A DNA stretch of 64,000 nucleotides, taken from Paramoeba atlantica. Taxonomy: Eukaryota; Protista; Discosea. The position numbers and the translations under genes are program-made. The stretch's first letter is position 1. Every line of letters starts with the position of its first letter. The notes beneath the pieces are model-generated. The model worked only from the letters and a program-made list of their open reading frames with translations, was not told the DNA's origin and ran no database searches. Below are positions 24,641 through 34,788 of this stretch, one piece after another. The DNA lies in NCBI GenBank assembly GCA_977017575.1, contig CDRNVI010000051.1:62001-126000 (forward strand), written 5' to 3'.

Positions 24641-27600
24641 CTACACCCCCCCGTCCCCCCCTCCCCCACCCCCCCCACTCGCCACATACTCCCTCACATC
24701 ACTCCTCACCCCCGTCACCCGTCCACTCTTCCGGTCCACCTCAAACGTCTTACTCGGCAACTGCGCGAGCACGTTCCGGTGGGGCGCCAGCGCGGTGCCG
24801 TGGAACAGGGCCAGCGGGTGGTGCCGCCGCACCTCCCACAGCCGCTCCACCCTCTCCGCCTTCCCCCCCCACGGGACTTTCCCATCCACGGTGGTGACAA
24901 AATCCCGGATCTCCTCCGGGGCGTTTCGAATCACCCCGACGGGTCGCCGCTTGTGGGTCCAGAACCGGCCCCTCTCCGTGAACGCACTCGGGCCGAGACG
25001 GTCGCGGAGGTAATGCCCGTCCCGGGGGAACAGCAGGGGCTGGTCGTCCTCCTGGTGGCACACAAAATCCCACGGGGTGTACTTATGGAAGTAATTCAGC
25101 AACAGGTAGTCCTTTCGGTCGTTCGCGGTGAGCCGACGGTAGTTGTCGGCCCGCAGGTTGTCCCAGCGGTACCAGCCGTCGAGCTCGGCGAGTTGCTTCA
25201 GACTCTGCAGGGGGTGACGGTGGGGTGGGGGGGCGAGAGGGTCGAGGGCGTGGGGCTTTGCGCGGAGGGAGGCTTTGGGGTCCCGCACGTCGAGGTAGCG
25301 CTTGAGACCCCCGGAGTGGCGAAGGGTCTCCTCGGGGACGACACGCTCGGGGAAGTCCGGGGTGAGTTGCCAGAGTTGGACGCGGTCGAGGGGGGGGGTG
25401 TCGGGGGCCCCGTCGCGGAGGTAGACCACGGAGAGGGCGGGGCAGGAGGGGGGGTTGAAATAGGGTTCCTGGGGGAACTGGGTGACGACGGCGCGCTCGG
25501 GGGGACCGACACGGCCGTGGCCGAGGGAGCGGGGGACACAGACGACGTGCCCGCGGGTGAGGCCGTCGCGGGGGGTGGCGTAGCTCCAGCTCTCGACCCC
25601 GGCGTACACGCGCTGTTCCCAGAGGTAGTCCTGGGTCTCGACGTAGTTGAGAACGTTGCAGGGGAGGGTGTTGGCGCCCCAGTTGAGGTGGAGGTTGGGG
25701 TCTGGAGGGGTGTGTTCCAGTGGGGCGTGGTCCCATTCCGATGTCGCAAGTTGCGCTTTTTTACCGTTTTCTAAAATCACGTGGATATGTCCAGGATGCG
25801 TTGCCGCGGCGGCGCTCGTGCTCACCACGTCCGGGTCTTTTCGTGCGAAACAACGTAAGGAGGGGATGAACTTGCGTTGTTCGAGAATGGAGGTCCACTT
25901 CTTCTCGTGTTCCGCTGTTTCCAGGGCAACGTACTCGTTGTATCGCTCTCGCTGCTCCGCAGTGAGATGGCGTAGAAGCTCTGGAGGTTGTTCATAGCGT
26001 AACTGGCACGGTGGGGGCTTAAGAAAGGTCTGAGTCGCTTGATTGCCGTGGTCACCAGCCTGTACGATGCGGTTTTTCAGAAATGAAATCGACAGCAGTG
26101 GTTCTTTCACCGTAACCTCCCCAGAAGTTGATACCTCATCCGGCGGGAGCACTTCCCCAAACCACGCACGGAGATGCTCCGCGGAAATCAGCTCGAGATC
26201 CGTACGCCTGGGGTCTACAAAACTAGTACGCTCGCACAACGCGTCGAGTTTCTCCCGCCGCGCATCACGTTCGGGGATGGTCTCGCTTCGCTTTGGCTCG
26301 AGGTTGTGAATCAGCGCAAGTCGACGGCGCTGGTAGCCATGCTCGCGGTATCGCACGAACAATCCCCACTCCTCCCGGGAAGGTTTTCCGCGTGTAAGTA
26401 CCGGCATCCCAATAACGTCGCTCTTTAGATTAAAAAGTTGAAGATGTTGTCGTGCGGGATGTGGCATAAAATATTCCATCGGACGTTCCCCACTTTGGTT
26501 CTTTTTTAACCTTACCCGGTCATCAATTTGGGTACGGATCGGGACCCCGAGCCAGGTATGCTGGGCGTCGGTGACATCACTCTTCCCTAGCGCAATATTT
26601 CGCGTGCGTCGATCGACGTCAAACGAGGTCGGGAGCAGAACTTCCATATTCTTCCGCCGACCATAGGGGCTGGCATGGGCCGGGTCCCCACCAAACATCC
26701 CCCCACGGTAGGCATTCGCGTAGTAACTTGCCGCAGTAAGGTACCGCTCATCATTTTGCCCACGGCGAAACGTCCGCTGATCCGGGCCTCCATCCCGCAC
26801 CAGCGGTCCCTGCCGCCCCAGGCCAAACTCCGAGGCCTTTTGCTGTTCCTCCGCCCTTCGCTCCGCATCCGCCGCCACGGAACGCTGGCGCAACGTAAAA
26901 TTTGTCCTGTCCTCCCCCAGCAGCGGGACCCCGGAATCTGGGGAAGACAACAAATTCTCTTGTGCCCCCCCTGCTCCTTTGATACTCTCCACGCTGGGGA
27001 GATAATAACTCCCGAGGTTGGCCTCGGCCTCCTTTCGAGGAGGCGCCGGGCTTAGGGGCCCGACCGCCGGGGAGCCGTAAAACGCTCTCCCGACCTCTGC
27101 CCTTTTTTTATCGTACCCCTGGAACGGGGGGTTCCGGTAGCGCTGGGCGTCGTGGTAGTCATACTCCTCCTTGTCTCGGAACCCGTGCAGCTGATACAGC
27201 GTGCGACGGTCCGAGGCCTCCTGGGCCTCCCGCGCGCTGCGGGTTTGGTACGCCGCAAGGCTTGGGCCACTTTGGTGACGTAACACCCCAGGGTCCGTTT
27301 TGGGAACATCCCAGGAGGTCGGGGAAGTGGGTGAACCTCCAAATCTTGAGGAAGAGGAAGCACTGGACAAAGTTGAAGAAGGCAAACCTAAGGCTTCACC
27401 TCTTTGAGGAGATACCCCTCCTGTACTCCCAGGGGTTGCGGTTCCTGTTCTTTCTTTATTTGTACTTGCCATTGCGTCTCCCAAATTTATAGGGGTGTGG
27501 GGACCCCTAAAGGAATCCTGAGGTTGTCTATGACCACCACTACTACGGGGTAACCCCGCGTGGGTGAGTTGGTCGTGAAACCATTGAGAGAGATGGGCGG

Positions 27601-28156
27601 CAGGGGTTGCGGTAGGGGGAGAAGAATGGGAAGAGAAGGGAGAAGAGGGGGAAGAGCTTGAAAGAGAGGGGGACCCCAACGAGGCGCGTACGCCCTGGGA
27701 GGAGAATGGTAGCGGGGTTGTCCCCATTGCACGCCCGGGGGAGGAGGCGGTGTGATCCATCGAGGGCCGGGCGGTAGAGATCGATCGTGAGAGCTCACGC
27801 TGCTGTGCGGCGAAGGCAGACTGGTGGGACAAATCTACCATGCGTGTGGGATGGGGGTGGAGACCGGATTCGGGGGGAACGAGATGGTGGGGGGCACCGA
27901 GACGGCCGCCCTCGGTGACCAGCCGGGGGGCGAAGTGAGGGAGCCCGGTGGGGTCACGGACGTAGTCCCGGTGCGCGGCCCCCCCGATGGGGTCGTAGGG
28001 GAGGAGGTGGGGAGCATCCGGCCGGGTGGGGAGGATGCCAGAGGACCCGGTAGGGGGGGCAGTGGAAGAAGGAGTGTGCCGGATTGCATGCGAGAGCTGA
28101 CTCGCGACCCCGCTGGTGAAGGTAGAGAAGGAGGCGAGGGGAGGGGTAGAGTGCAT
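24641..28156 (-). CDS. Large GC-rich protein of unknown function (1171 aa; true start may be ATG 27472); possibly a kinetoplastid-specific mitochondrial/mitoribosomal protein
   Basis: 3.5-kb intronless ORF with globular-looking sequence after a Ser/Pro-rich N-terminus; GC-rich like the TMEM184 gene; the functional guess is unverified. Confidence 0.75.
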   Translation of the reverse strand: MHSTPPLASFSTFTSGVASQLSHAIRHTPSSTAPPTGSSGILPTRPDAPHLLPYDPIGGAAHRDYVRDPTGLPHFAPRLVTEGGRLGAPHHLVPPESGLHPHPTRMVDLSHQSAFAAQQRELSRSISTARPSMDHTASSPGRAMGTTPLPFSSQGVRASLGSPSLSSSSPSSPFSSHSSPPTATPAAHLSQWFHDQLTHAGLPRSSGGHRQPQDSFRGPHTPINLGDAMASTNKERTGTATPGSTGGVSPQRGEALGLPSSTLSSASSSSRFGGSPTSPTSWDVPKTDPGVLRHQSGPSLAAYQTRSAREAQEASDRRTLYQLHGFRDKEEYDYHDAQRYRNPPFQGYDKKRAEVGRAFYGSPAVGPLSPAPPRKEAEANLGSYYLPSVESIKGAGGAQENLLSSPDSGVPLLGEDRTNFTLRQRSVAADAERRAEEQQKASEFGLGRQGPLVRDGGPDQRTFRRGQNDERYLTAASYYANAYRGGMFGGDPAHASPYGRRKNMEVLLPTSFDVDRRTRNIALGKSDVTDAQHTWLGVPIRTQIDDRVRLKKNQSGERPMEYFMPHPARQHLQLFNLKSDVIGMPVLTRGKPSREEWGLFVRYREHGYQRRRLALIHNLEPKRSETIPERDARREKLDALCERTSFVDPRRTDLELISAEHLRAWFGEVLPPDEVSTSGEVTVKEPLLSISFLKNRIVQAGDHGNQATQTFLKPPPCQLRYEQPPELLRHLTAEQRERYNEYVALETAEHEKKWTSILEQRKFIPSLRCFARKDPDVVSTSAAAATHPGHIHVILENGKKAQLATSEWDHAPLEHTPPDPNLHLNWGANTLPCNVLNYVETQDYLWEQRVYAGVESWSYATPRDGLTRGHVVCVPRSLGHGRVGPPERAVVTQFPQEPYFNPPSCPALSVVYLRDGAPDTPPLDRVQLWQLTPDFPERVVPEETLRHSGGLKRYLDVRDPKASLRAKPHALDPLAPPPHRHPLQSLKQLAELDGWYRWDNLRADNYRRLTANDRKDYLLLNYFHKYTPWDFVCHQEDDQPLLFPRDGHYLRDRLGPSAFTERGRFWTHKRRPVGVIRNAPEEIRDFVTTVDGKVPWGGKAERVERLWEVRRHHPLALFHGTALAPHRNVLAQLPSKTFEVDRKSGRVTGVRSDVREYVASGGGGGGGDGGV

Positions 28157-28569
28157 GGGGGTGGGGTTTTAGTAACCGAAAAGTTTGAATGAATAGCTGT
28201 AGATGCGTAATTCTAAATTTATTTTACGGGTGAAATAATATATAGAGGGTTGAAACCTATGAAAGGCAAAACCAGTCAAAACCAGCACAGTCCTCATTGT
28301 CATGGCGAAGAAAAGTATTTTGTCAAAAATAGTGAAGAGCATACTTCGTCTCCATTGTGCGCTGAACATTTTTGCGCTGAATGTTTTTTTCGCTGAACAT
28401 TTTTGCGCCAAAAAAATGAAAATTTTGTAAAAGGGTCCGAGGTCTTGGGGCGCGTTTTCCACCCCCCTACCAAGGGGTGACCCCCCCTGGTATCCGCAGG
28501 ATGGGTTCGCCAAGTTCGAATTCTTTCGGAAAACATTTTTCAAAGAAAAATCTACTTGGCGAAACAAAT

Positions 28570-28637
28570 GAGGGGCTGCGGGTGAGGCCCAATATGAGCT
28601 CACGCGAGATCACACGAGATCATACCCGCAGCCCCTC
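28570..28637. mobile_element. 68-bp MITE, TIR GAGGGGCTGCGGGT
   Basis: Perfect 14-bp inverted termini, AAAT on both flanks; interrupts a repeat whose homolog at ~58850 lacks it. Confidence 0.8.
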
Positions 28638-28797
28638 AAATGATAAAGAACCTATTGCTTCGAAATCGTTTCGCCTATTGTAATCCAAGAGTTTAGGACC
28701 CATGCTAGCTTTCTACGTCGTTGTTTTCACAAGATACCCCTTCTTGGAGCCGTGACACACCTCCTAAAATATACTGGTCCTGAAATATACGGATATA

Positions 28798-30090
28798 CAG
28801 GGGGTGGCACTTGAACCTGGGGGGTTTAACTTTGTAAAATTTGCTCAAATTTGTAAAATAATAGCGCATTCGAGAGCTCTCTCAGAGTTGTATTCTTTGG
28901 CTTATTCGGACCGCGCAAATTAAACGATTTAATCCGGTGATAAAAAAACATTATTTTATTCATGTGAAAATTCGACAATTCTTTTTTCCCCTCTTTTTAT
29001 GCCACAAGAGCAAGTTCGCTCGAGGACATCGCGCGGTACACTGTCTGCTCGATCCTATTCTTCCCCCGCAATGCTCAAGGAGAGTCATAGAATGCTTTTC
29101 GTAATAGACTATGAGCAAACACAGTCTTTCTGTGCCATGCGCCATGGGGCGACTGAGGATGTCGAAAGTCCAATTCCTTTGCTTACATCTCTTGTTTCCA
29201 CTCCCCTCCTCAGGGAAACAGCGCAAAAATTAATTGATGACGGTGTCAGAGAAATGACTTATTGCATTCCGTCCTGGAGAGAGCTATTAAGGGAACTGCA
29301 TCGACGAGAATTTTTGTGATCTATGCGAACTTTGCGAAGACTACTAAAAAAGGAGATCGTTTTACGTGTTGTAGAAAACGTTCCTTTTTGAACAAAAGCT
29401 CACAAAATTTGAAGAGTGCAATTCGCGAACGACATGATGCAGCTCTCCGATAGAGCTCGCCAGAGCATTGTGCTTTGTGGCGAATGTTTTTTTGTTGCAA
29501 ATCATCGGCGAAGCCAACTTACCTTTGCAGGAGATCTGATCCCCCCAAGGAACAAACTGGTGAGTTGGGGTCCCACCATGAGGGGGAGGGTATCATGGTT
29601 TGGGTGGGGGTAAGCCTGAAACATAGATTTTACATTCACGTTTTCCCTTCTCATCATCCAGATGGCCCGAAGTTCACTGTCAACGGTGATACCTTCCTTG
29701 ATGTCATGCAAAAGAGGGGAGGGTTCTTTCAGTACTTGCGGAGGCACCGCGCGTATGTAGCGATGGACAACGCCCCTGTTCATAACAAGGCACGTGCCAA
29801 AGCCCAAGAGAAAGGGTATGGTTGCAATGTCCAGCGAAAGGGTATGGTTGCAATGGCCAGCGAAGTCCCCGGACCTAAATCCGATTGAGAACCTTTGGTC
29901 CATTATGGATGCGACAAAGGACAACATTCACCCCCGAAATCGAATTCAATTGCTCAATGCGATCCACGTTACGTTTCGCAATTTGGATAACGAGCAAAAC
30001 ACTTATTGCCTCAACACGCTTCGTAGCTTTTGAAAGCGTTGTTCCATCGTTATCCAGAGAAATGGCAAGCACTGTGGGTATTAGTACAAC
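28798..30090 (+). mobile_element. Degenerate Tc1/IS630 transposon
   Basis: GIMVWVGVS, VAMDNAPVHN and WPAKSPDLNPIENLWS in shifted frames; the 3' end is repeated at 52100-52270. Confidence 0.8.
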
Positions 30091-30123
30091 CCAGACTAAA
30101 GTGGACGATATTGTACAATAACT

Positions 30124-30804
30124 TTAACTGTACCTTGTAGGGTTATACGAGCCCTGGAAAAAATATGGCTCACCGTTACTCACTGTGATTTCTGTTCCTC
30201 GAACATCATAGAACAAGGCACTTGGACCGCGATTCAAATCCAACGTGCCTTCAAGACCAGCGTTGAACTGCGCAAATAATTTCTTTAATGACACAGGCAA
30301 GAGATCAAAGTCGACGTGTCCTGTAAACAAGTTATCGTTTATGGTAATGCCATAGAGTCCTGATAGAGTACAAAAATTAGGCGTTCCTGTTAATTCATTC
30401 CGCCCAGCACAGAAATTCCGCAACGTCGAAGGAAGAACTTCGAATGGTAGATGACCCGAAAATTGATTACCCGCGGCAAAAAAATCTTCAATGGTTGACG
30501 GGATATATTGCCAATTTAACATACCTTTCAAATCCCTAGCTAGCCAGTAGATTCCCGTCACAGCCTTTTGTTCATCACATCTGATACCTGTCCAGTCACA
30601 GGCCGGGACATCCGAGTTCCAGGAGCCCAATGGATTCTCGATACCACCTATAAAACGGGATAAATCGTATTCTTGGGGTAATAAACTTCCTGTTACTTTT
30701 GAAGGAACTCTCCTGGATGATTGTGATTCATCAGCAGTCTTGATTGTCTTAACGAGGTTTGCAATAACGCAACAAAGCATGAATGTCGGATGTAAGTAAT
30801 ACAA
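30124..30804 (-). CDS. LRR family protein, 226 aa, hydrophobic N-terminus
   Basis: LLPQEYDLSRFI, ACDWTGIRC cap, LRRs. Confidence 0.85.
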   Translation of the reverse strand: MYYLHPTFMLCCVIANLVKTIKTADESQSSRRVPSKVTGSLLPQEYDLSRFIGGIENPLGSWNSDVPACDWTGIRCDEQKAVTGIYWLARDLKGMLNWQYIPSTIEDFFAAGNQFSGHLPFEVLPSTLRNFCAGRNELTGTPNFCTLSGLYGITINDNLFTGHVDFDLLPVSLKKLFAQFNAGLEGTLDLNRGPSALFYDVRGTEITVSNGEPYFFQGSYNPTRYS

Positions 30805-31101
30805 CGCTGGAATTTACATTTCTTTGGCGTATGAGTGCTACGTATGAGTTGTAGAATACAACCTCCAGTAGAAAAATGTTTTAGACATTGTAATAAATCA
30901 TTTTTGACTATTTCGTGATTGTCAGTGAAACAGTTATCAACCCCATATCAAGAAAACTAATGCATTTTAAACACCTACGTAGGTGGAAGGATGCTAATTT
31001 TATGATCGAATCAAAACCTACACAAAATAATTGAATTCATTTTCGCAGCGGAAGTGAGTTACATCAATTGAAAAAAGCACTCTAACCAAGGTGTTGCATT
31101 T

Positions 31102-31779
31102 CTATTCTGCAAGTCGAGATATTTTGGTTTCCGAAATATCGAAGTTTACTAGCGAAACCGGTGTGTCACATTTTCTCAGAACCCCCACGAGATCTTTGTT
31201 CTTTGAAATATCAATCTGTATAATGTTGGGAGGAAGAGACGAGAGGTCTACACGACCTTGTAGCTTATTCATCGAAAAGTAGAAATCAGTCATGGTCCTT
31301 GGGAGGTATCGCATTTCGAGTCCTCCATAAAACTCATTGTAGGAGGCAAAAAGATACGCCATATTCTCGGGGAGGTTTTCCAGTTCTACTTCACCTGATA
31401 ACGCGTTAAACCCAACACTAAGACGTCGAAGGGTGCGGGGTAAACCGTTGAAGGAGAAATTTCCCCGGAGGCTTAAAAAACTCCATGCAATCACATCAAC
31501 ATTTCCGGTCTCCGTACACGTTACCCCCATCCATTCATTGATCGGGCAGCTCGTATTCCAGCTGACATGACGGTCCACCACTTGTGATACAACCTGTGCA
31601 AGAGTGTACTCAGGCGGCACTAAAATGTTTCGCGGTCGACCTAGCCGAGAGGATGACGTCACGTCTCGGGCGATGTACAATGACAGGCGACCCAGGAATA
31701 CCTGACAGCCGTCAATATAGGCCATGTAAATAATTTTTAAAGAAAATGCTATGAATAAAATGTTATAAGTAAAACACAA
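31102..31779 (-). CDS. LRR family protein, 225 aa
   Basis: PPEYTLAQVV, CPINEWMGVTC cap, LRRs. Confidence 0.85.
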   Translation of the reverse strand: MCFTYNILFIAFSLKIIYMAYIDGCQVFLGRLSLYIARDVTSSSRLGRPRNILVPPEYTLAQVVSQVVDRHVSWNTSCPINEWMGVTCTETGNVDVIAWSFLSLRGNFSFNGLPRTLRRLSVGFNALSGEVELENLPENMAYLFASYNEFYGGLEMRYLPRTMTDFYFSMNKLQGRVDLSSLPPNIIQIDISKNKDLVGVLRKCDTPVSLVNFDISETKISRLAE

Positions 31780-32399
31780 ACTAAATAAAAAAACAGTGTT
31801 GCTTCAGTTCAACGATACTCTTCAATAAACTATTATCCCCCTCTATTTAATAGGGGTACGTGTGACCCCCACCTTAATAGAGCCAATTTGTCTGGAAGGT
31901 CAAAAAAGATTTCAGGGAAGGTGCAAAGAATTTGTCTAATCCGTATCTACCGCGTTTTTTTGGGGTAGCTAAAATTTTTGACTGGGTACTTTTGTATGTA
32001 TGAGTGATTTAATATTTTTATATTTGCTTATTATTCGTGATAGTTTGCCGATTTCTATTGTTTATACAGGGATACTTTTTTCCTGCCACTACTATTTATT
32101 GCAATTGGGCCACTGACATGTCAATTGGACCCTGATAGACTGGATTAGGTCTCGAGTTGGACCCCGTTAGGTGTCGAGTCCCCCCGAGTTGGACCCCTCG
32201 CCAACCCCTTAACATCTACCCCCACCCCATCATTCGCCACAGATCCCCCTCATCATACGAAAAAGAGCCTTTCGATCGAGGATAAGCTGTCGATCAGCAA
32301 ATCGAGTGAGTCCATAAAATCGCTTTCCAAAAAGCACGACGTTTCCGAGTAATGTGTTTATCAAGTAAAACAAGAAGGATCTGAGGTATCAAGAACGTA

Positions 32400-33340
32400 T
32401 CAATCGTGGGGAGAGAACGGGGTACGAATTCTGCATGCAGAGCTCCGGAAGAAAAAGTACGCGCGGAACTTGAGCATACATGTATGTTGGCTGAACCCAT
32501 TTCTATCAACAAATCTGTTGTTTTCGAACTCATGCAACGTCACGGATTCGAAAGCAGATCGGATGACTCTTTATCCGAGAAATCGAAAGAACTGATTAAA
32601 AAAATCTTGATTATGCTTTTGGTTGGTCTTGGAAGCGTTTTAGGAGAAAACGTGTTATTGCACCTGCAGGTCTTGAGGCTAGAATCGTCTTTTGGTCGAG
32701 GTAGCTGTGCACGCAGCATTGCATTCGCCTATATAACTCCGTTTTTCTATTTTATTTAATAAAAATATATTTGTCTATGGGGAAGAAACTTCAGTTTTTC
32801 CTGATGGGGATCCGCATGGCATGATCCTTGCAATCAAAAAAGATTTCTCAAACAAATGAAGAGGAGGCGGTGACGGTTTTTCTCGCCGGAATAGTGAACA
32901 TACAGGCAGGTGCGGTTTATCCTTCACCTCCCACTATAATATTTCGGTCACAAGCGAAAACTTCGGAACCTCAAGAATTTTGAGGCAGGTAAAGGTACTT
33001 TCTACATCCCTTTCCAGCAAAGTGTATGCTGACGCTACGGAGACAAGATGGATGCGCCAGCCCGTATTTGAAAAAATGCTTACCCGATATACGGATTCAA
33101 TAAATGACTCGAAACTCCCTACCGCCCTAATTACGGATGACTATACGACCCATCACACCAACTCTGTTCCTGTCAACTGTGACATGCATCGCATTCCAGG
33201 TGATTGCACCTCGCTCATTCAGGGACGTGACCGATTTTTTAATTTTCACTTTAAACGTTTCTATGACGAGGAGCTGAAGATTTGGCGTGCTTTTTCAAAG
33301 TCGCGAGAAACAATTGATCGAAAAAAGGCATTGTAATTTA
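32400..33340 (+). pseudogene. pogo/Tigger-like (DDE_1) transposase remnant
   Basis: WMRQPVFEKML...LITDDYTTH...PGDCTSLIQGRD..FNFHFKRFY pattern. Confidence 0.6.
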
Positions 33341-33411
33341 TTTTGTTAAAATTTCGGAAACCTCAAGAATTTTGAGGCAGGTAAAGGTACTCTCTCGCAA
33401 CGTGTGATACA

Positions 33412-33530
33412 ACCTGTGCAAGAGTGTACTCAGGTAGCACTAAAATGTTTCGCGGTCGACCTCGCCGAGAGGATGGCGTCACGTCCCGGGTGATGTACAA
33501 TGACAGGCGGCCCAGGAATACCTGACGAGG
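33412..33530 (-). pseudogene. LRR 5' fragment duplicated from 31585-31710
   Basis: Near-identical DNA to the N-terminal part of the 31102 gene. Confidence 0.8.
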
Positions 33531-33944
33531 AAGCGCCGAATGCTGAAGACACGAAAGATACACGAAACCACTGAATTGACACTTTGCCACATCCATTCCT
33601 TTCACTTTCATACCGGGCGAGCCGGCAGAGCATCTTCCTGTCGTACGACGACCGTTATCAACGACCATTACAGCGCATTCAACGCCGGTCGTACGCAGGG
33701 ATTCGACCACGCCGCGTGGTCAAGGGAGGTCCTGCAGCGCCTGGGGGGGTGAAGGGGGCACTGAACTTCCACTGCGGGGGGGCGTCGTTGAGAGGCTGCA
33801 AGAAGCCTTTCGGCTACACAGCGTCGTTGAGAGGCTCTCCCCGGCGTCCATCCAGCGGGGGCACTCGGCGCGTCTGACGCGCTGCGCGTGGGTGCGAAGC
33901 GGCGGCCCCTCTTCAACGGAAAGATGAGTTTCCGGCCCTAGTGC

Positions 33945-34045
33945 CGGCCGGAAACGGACATACATAAAAGGCTAAGAGTATGCCCGTTTCTGGGAAAAGA
34001 AAGGATGAGCAACAAGGTACAGGAATTGTATCTTTTAGTATAGTG
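33945..34045 (-). ncRNA. Second SL-RNA-like copy (no GT donor; probable pseudogene)
   Basis: Minus strand TAAAAGATACAATTCCTGTACCTTGTTG, then CCTTTCTTTTCCC and a 13-bp hairpin (33951-33990) shared with the 34588-34687 copy. Confidence 0.6.
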
Positions 34046-34228
34046 ACCAGAGTTGGAAGATGCTCGAAATGTACTTGTAATTCCCCGCTAAACACATTTG
34101 ATGGCATCTTGTTGATGTTCATGCGCTCATTGACGCAGAGATACAGCCCTTGATGCGACGGCCGATATCATCGGCACATGATCCGCTCACAACAGACGTC
34201 GCACGAAGGAGAATTCGGCACGGACTCT

Positions 34229-34371
34229 GTCGGTAGAGGGGGTCCGGGTAACTCGCCCTCTTTTTACGCAGCCGGAGGGGCGTACTGCAACCGACTCGGT
34301 CCCAGTCGGTAGAGGTGGTCCAGGCAACTCACCACCTCTTTACGCAGCCGGTGGGGCGCACTGCAACCGAC
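34229..34371. repeat. Tandem pair of 67-nt structured repeats
   Basis: 34229-34295 and 34305-34371 are each closed by GTCGGT/ACCGAC and have two internal stems. Confidence 0.8.
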
Positions 34372-34587
34372 CGCTGCCTCGCGATAAGACGAGGCAGAGC
34401 CACGCCCAGTGGTCCTCAAGGGAGGCCACCATGGCGCACGGCTCCCCGGGAAGGAAAGGCGCGAAAGGAAGAAAGGCCCGGGAGGGAAGAAAACTCACTG
34501 AAGGAGTGAGCCGGGGAGGGGTGAAAAGTCGAAAGTACGTCCCCTACTTCCACGACAAAGAGGGACAGTCCCTGCTAGCCGTCAGCC

Positions 34588-34687
34588 GGAAACAGGCATT
34601 TAAAGAGAAAATGTATGCCCGTTTCCGGGAAAAGAAAGGAAGGACTAGCAAAATGTACCAACATGGTGCAGAAACTGTATCTTTTTT
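34588..34687 (-). ncRNA. Spliced-leader RNA gene-like sequence (exon 3' part + GT donor + intron hairpin)
   Basis: Minus strand AAAAAAGATACAGTTTCTGCACCATGTTG|GTACATTTTG...; 12-bp hairpin 34588-34626 with a G.U pair only on the minus strand. Confidence 0.7.
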
Positions 34688-34788
34688 GATATTCATGCAG
34701 TTTACCTGCAGAGATTGATACCTAGAAGATGCATGACTAGCACGCAATCCTCGCACAAAACGAGTTTCTCCTAGGTTTTTAAAACTCT

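Noticed and set aside
24515-25774. 419-aa plus-strand ORF and other overlapping ORFs
   Set aside because: Antisense shadow of the GC-rich 1171-aa gene; low-complexity translation
33540-33575. Hammerhead ribozyme (CTGAAGA...GAAA)
   Set aside because: No stem II can form between the two core motifs
33913-34260. LRR-like or RT-like reading (NVFSGEL..LP; CADDI) upstream of the second SL copy
   Set aside because: Short motifs in conflicting frames with stops; cannot be assigned
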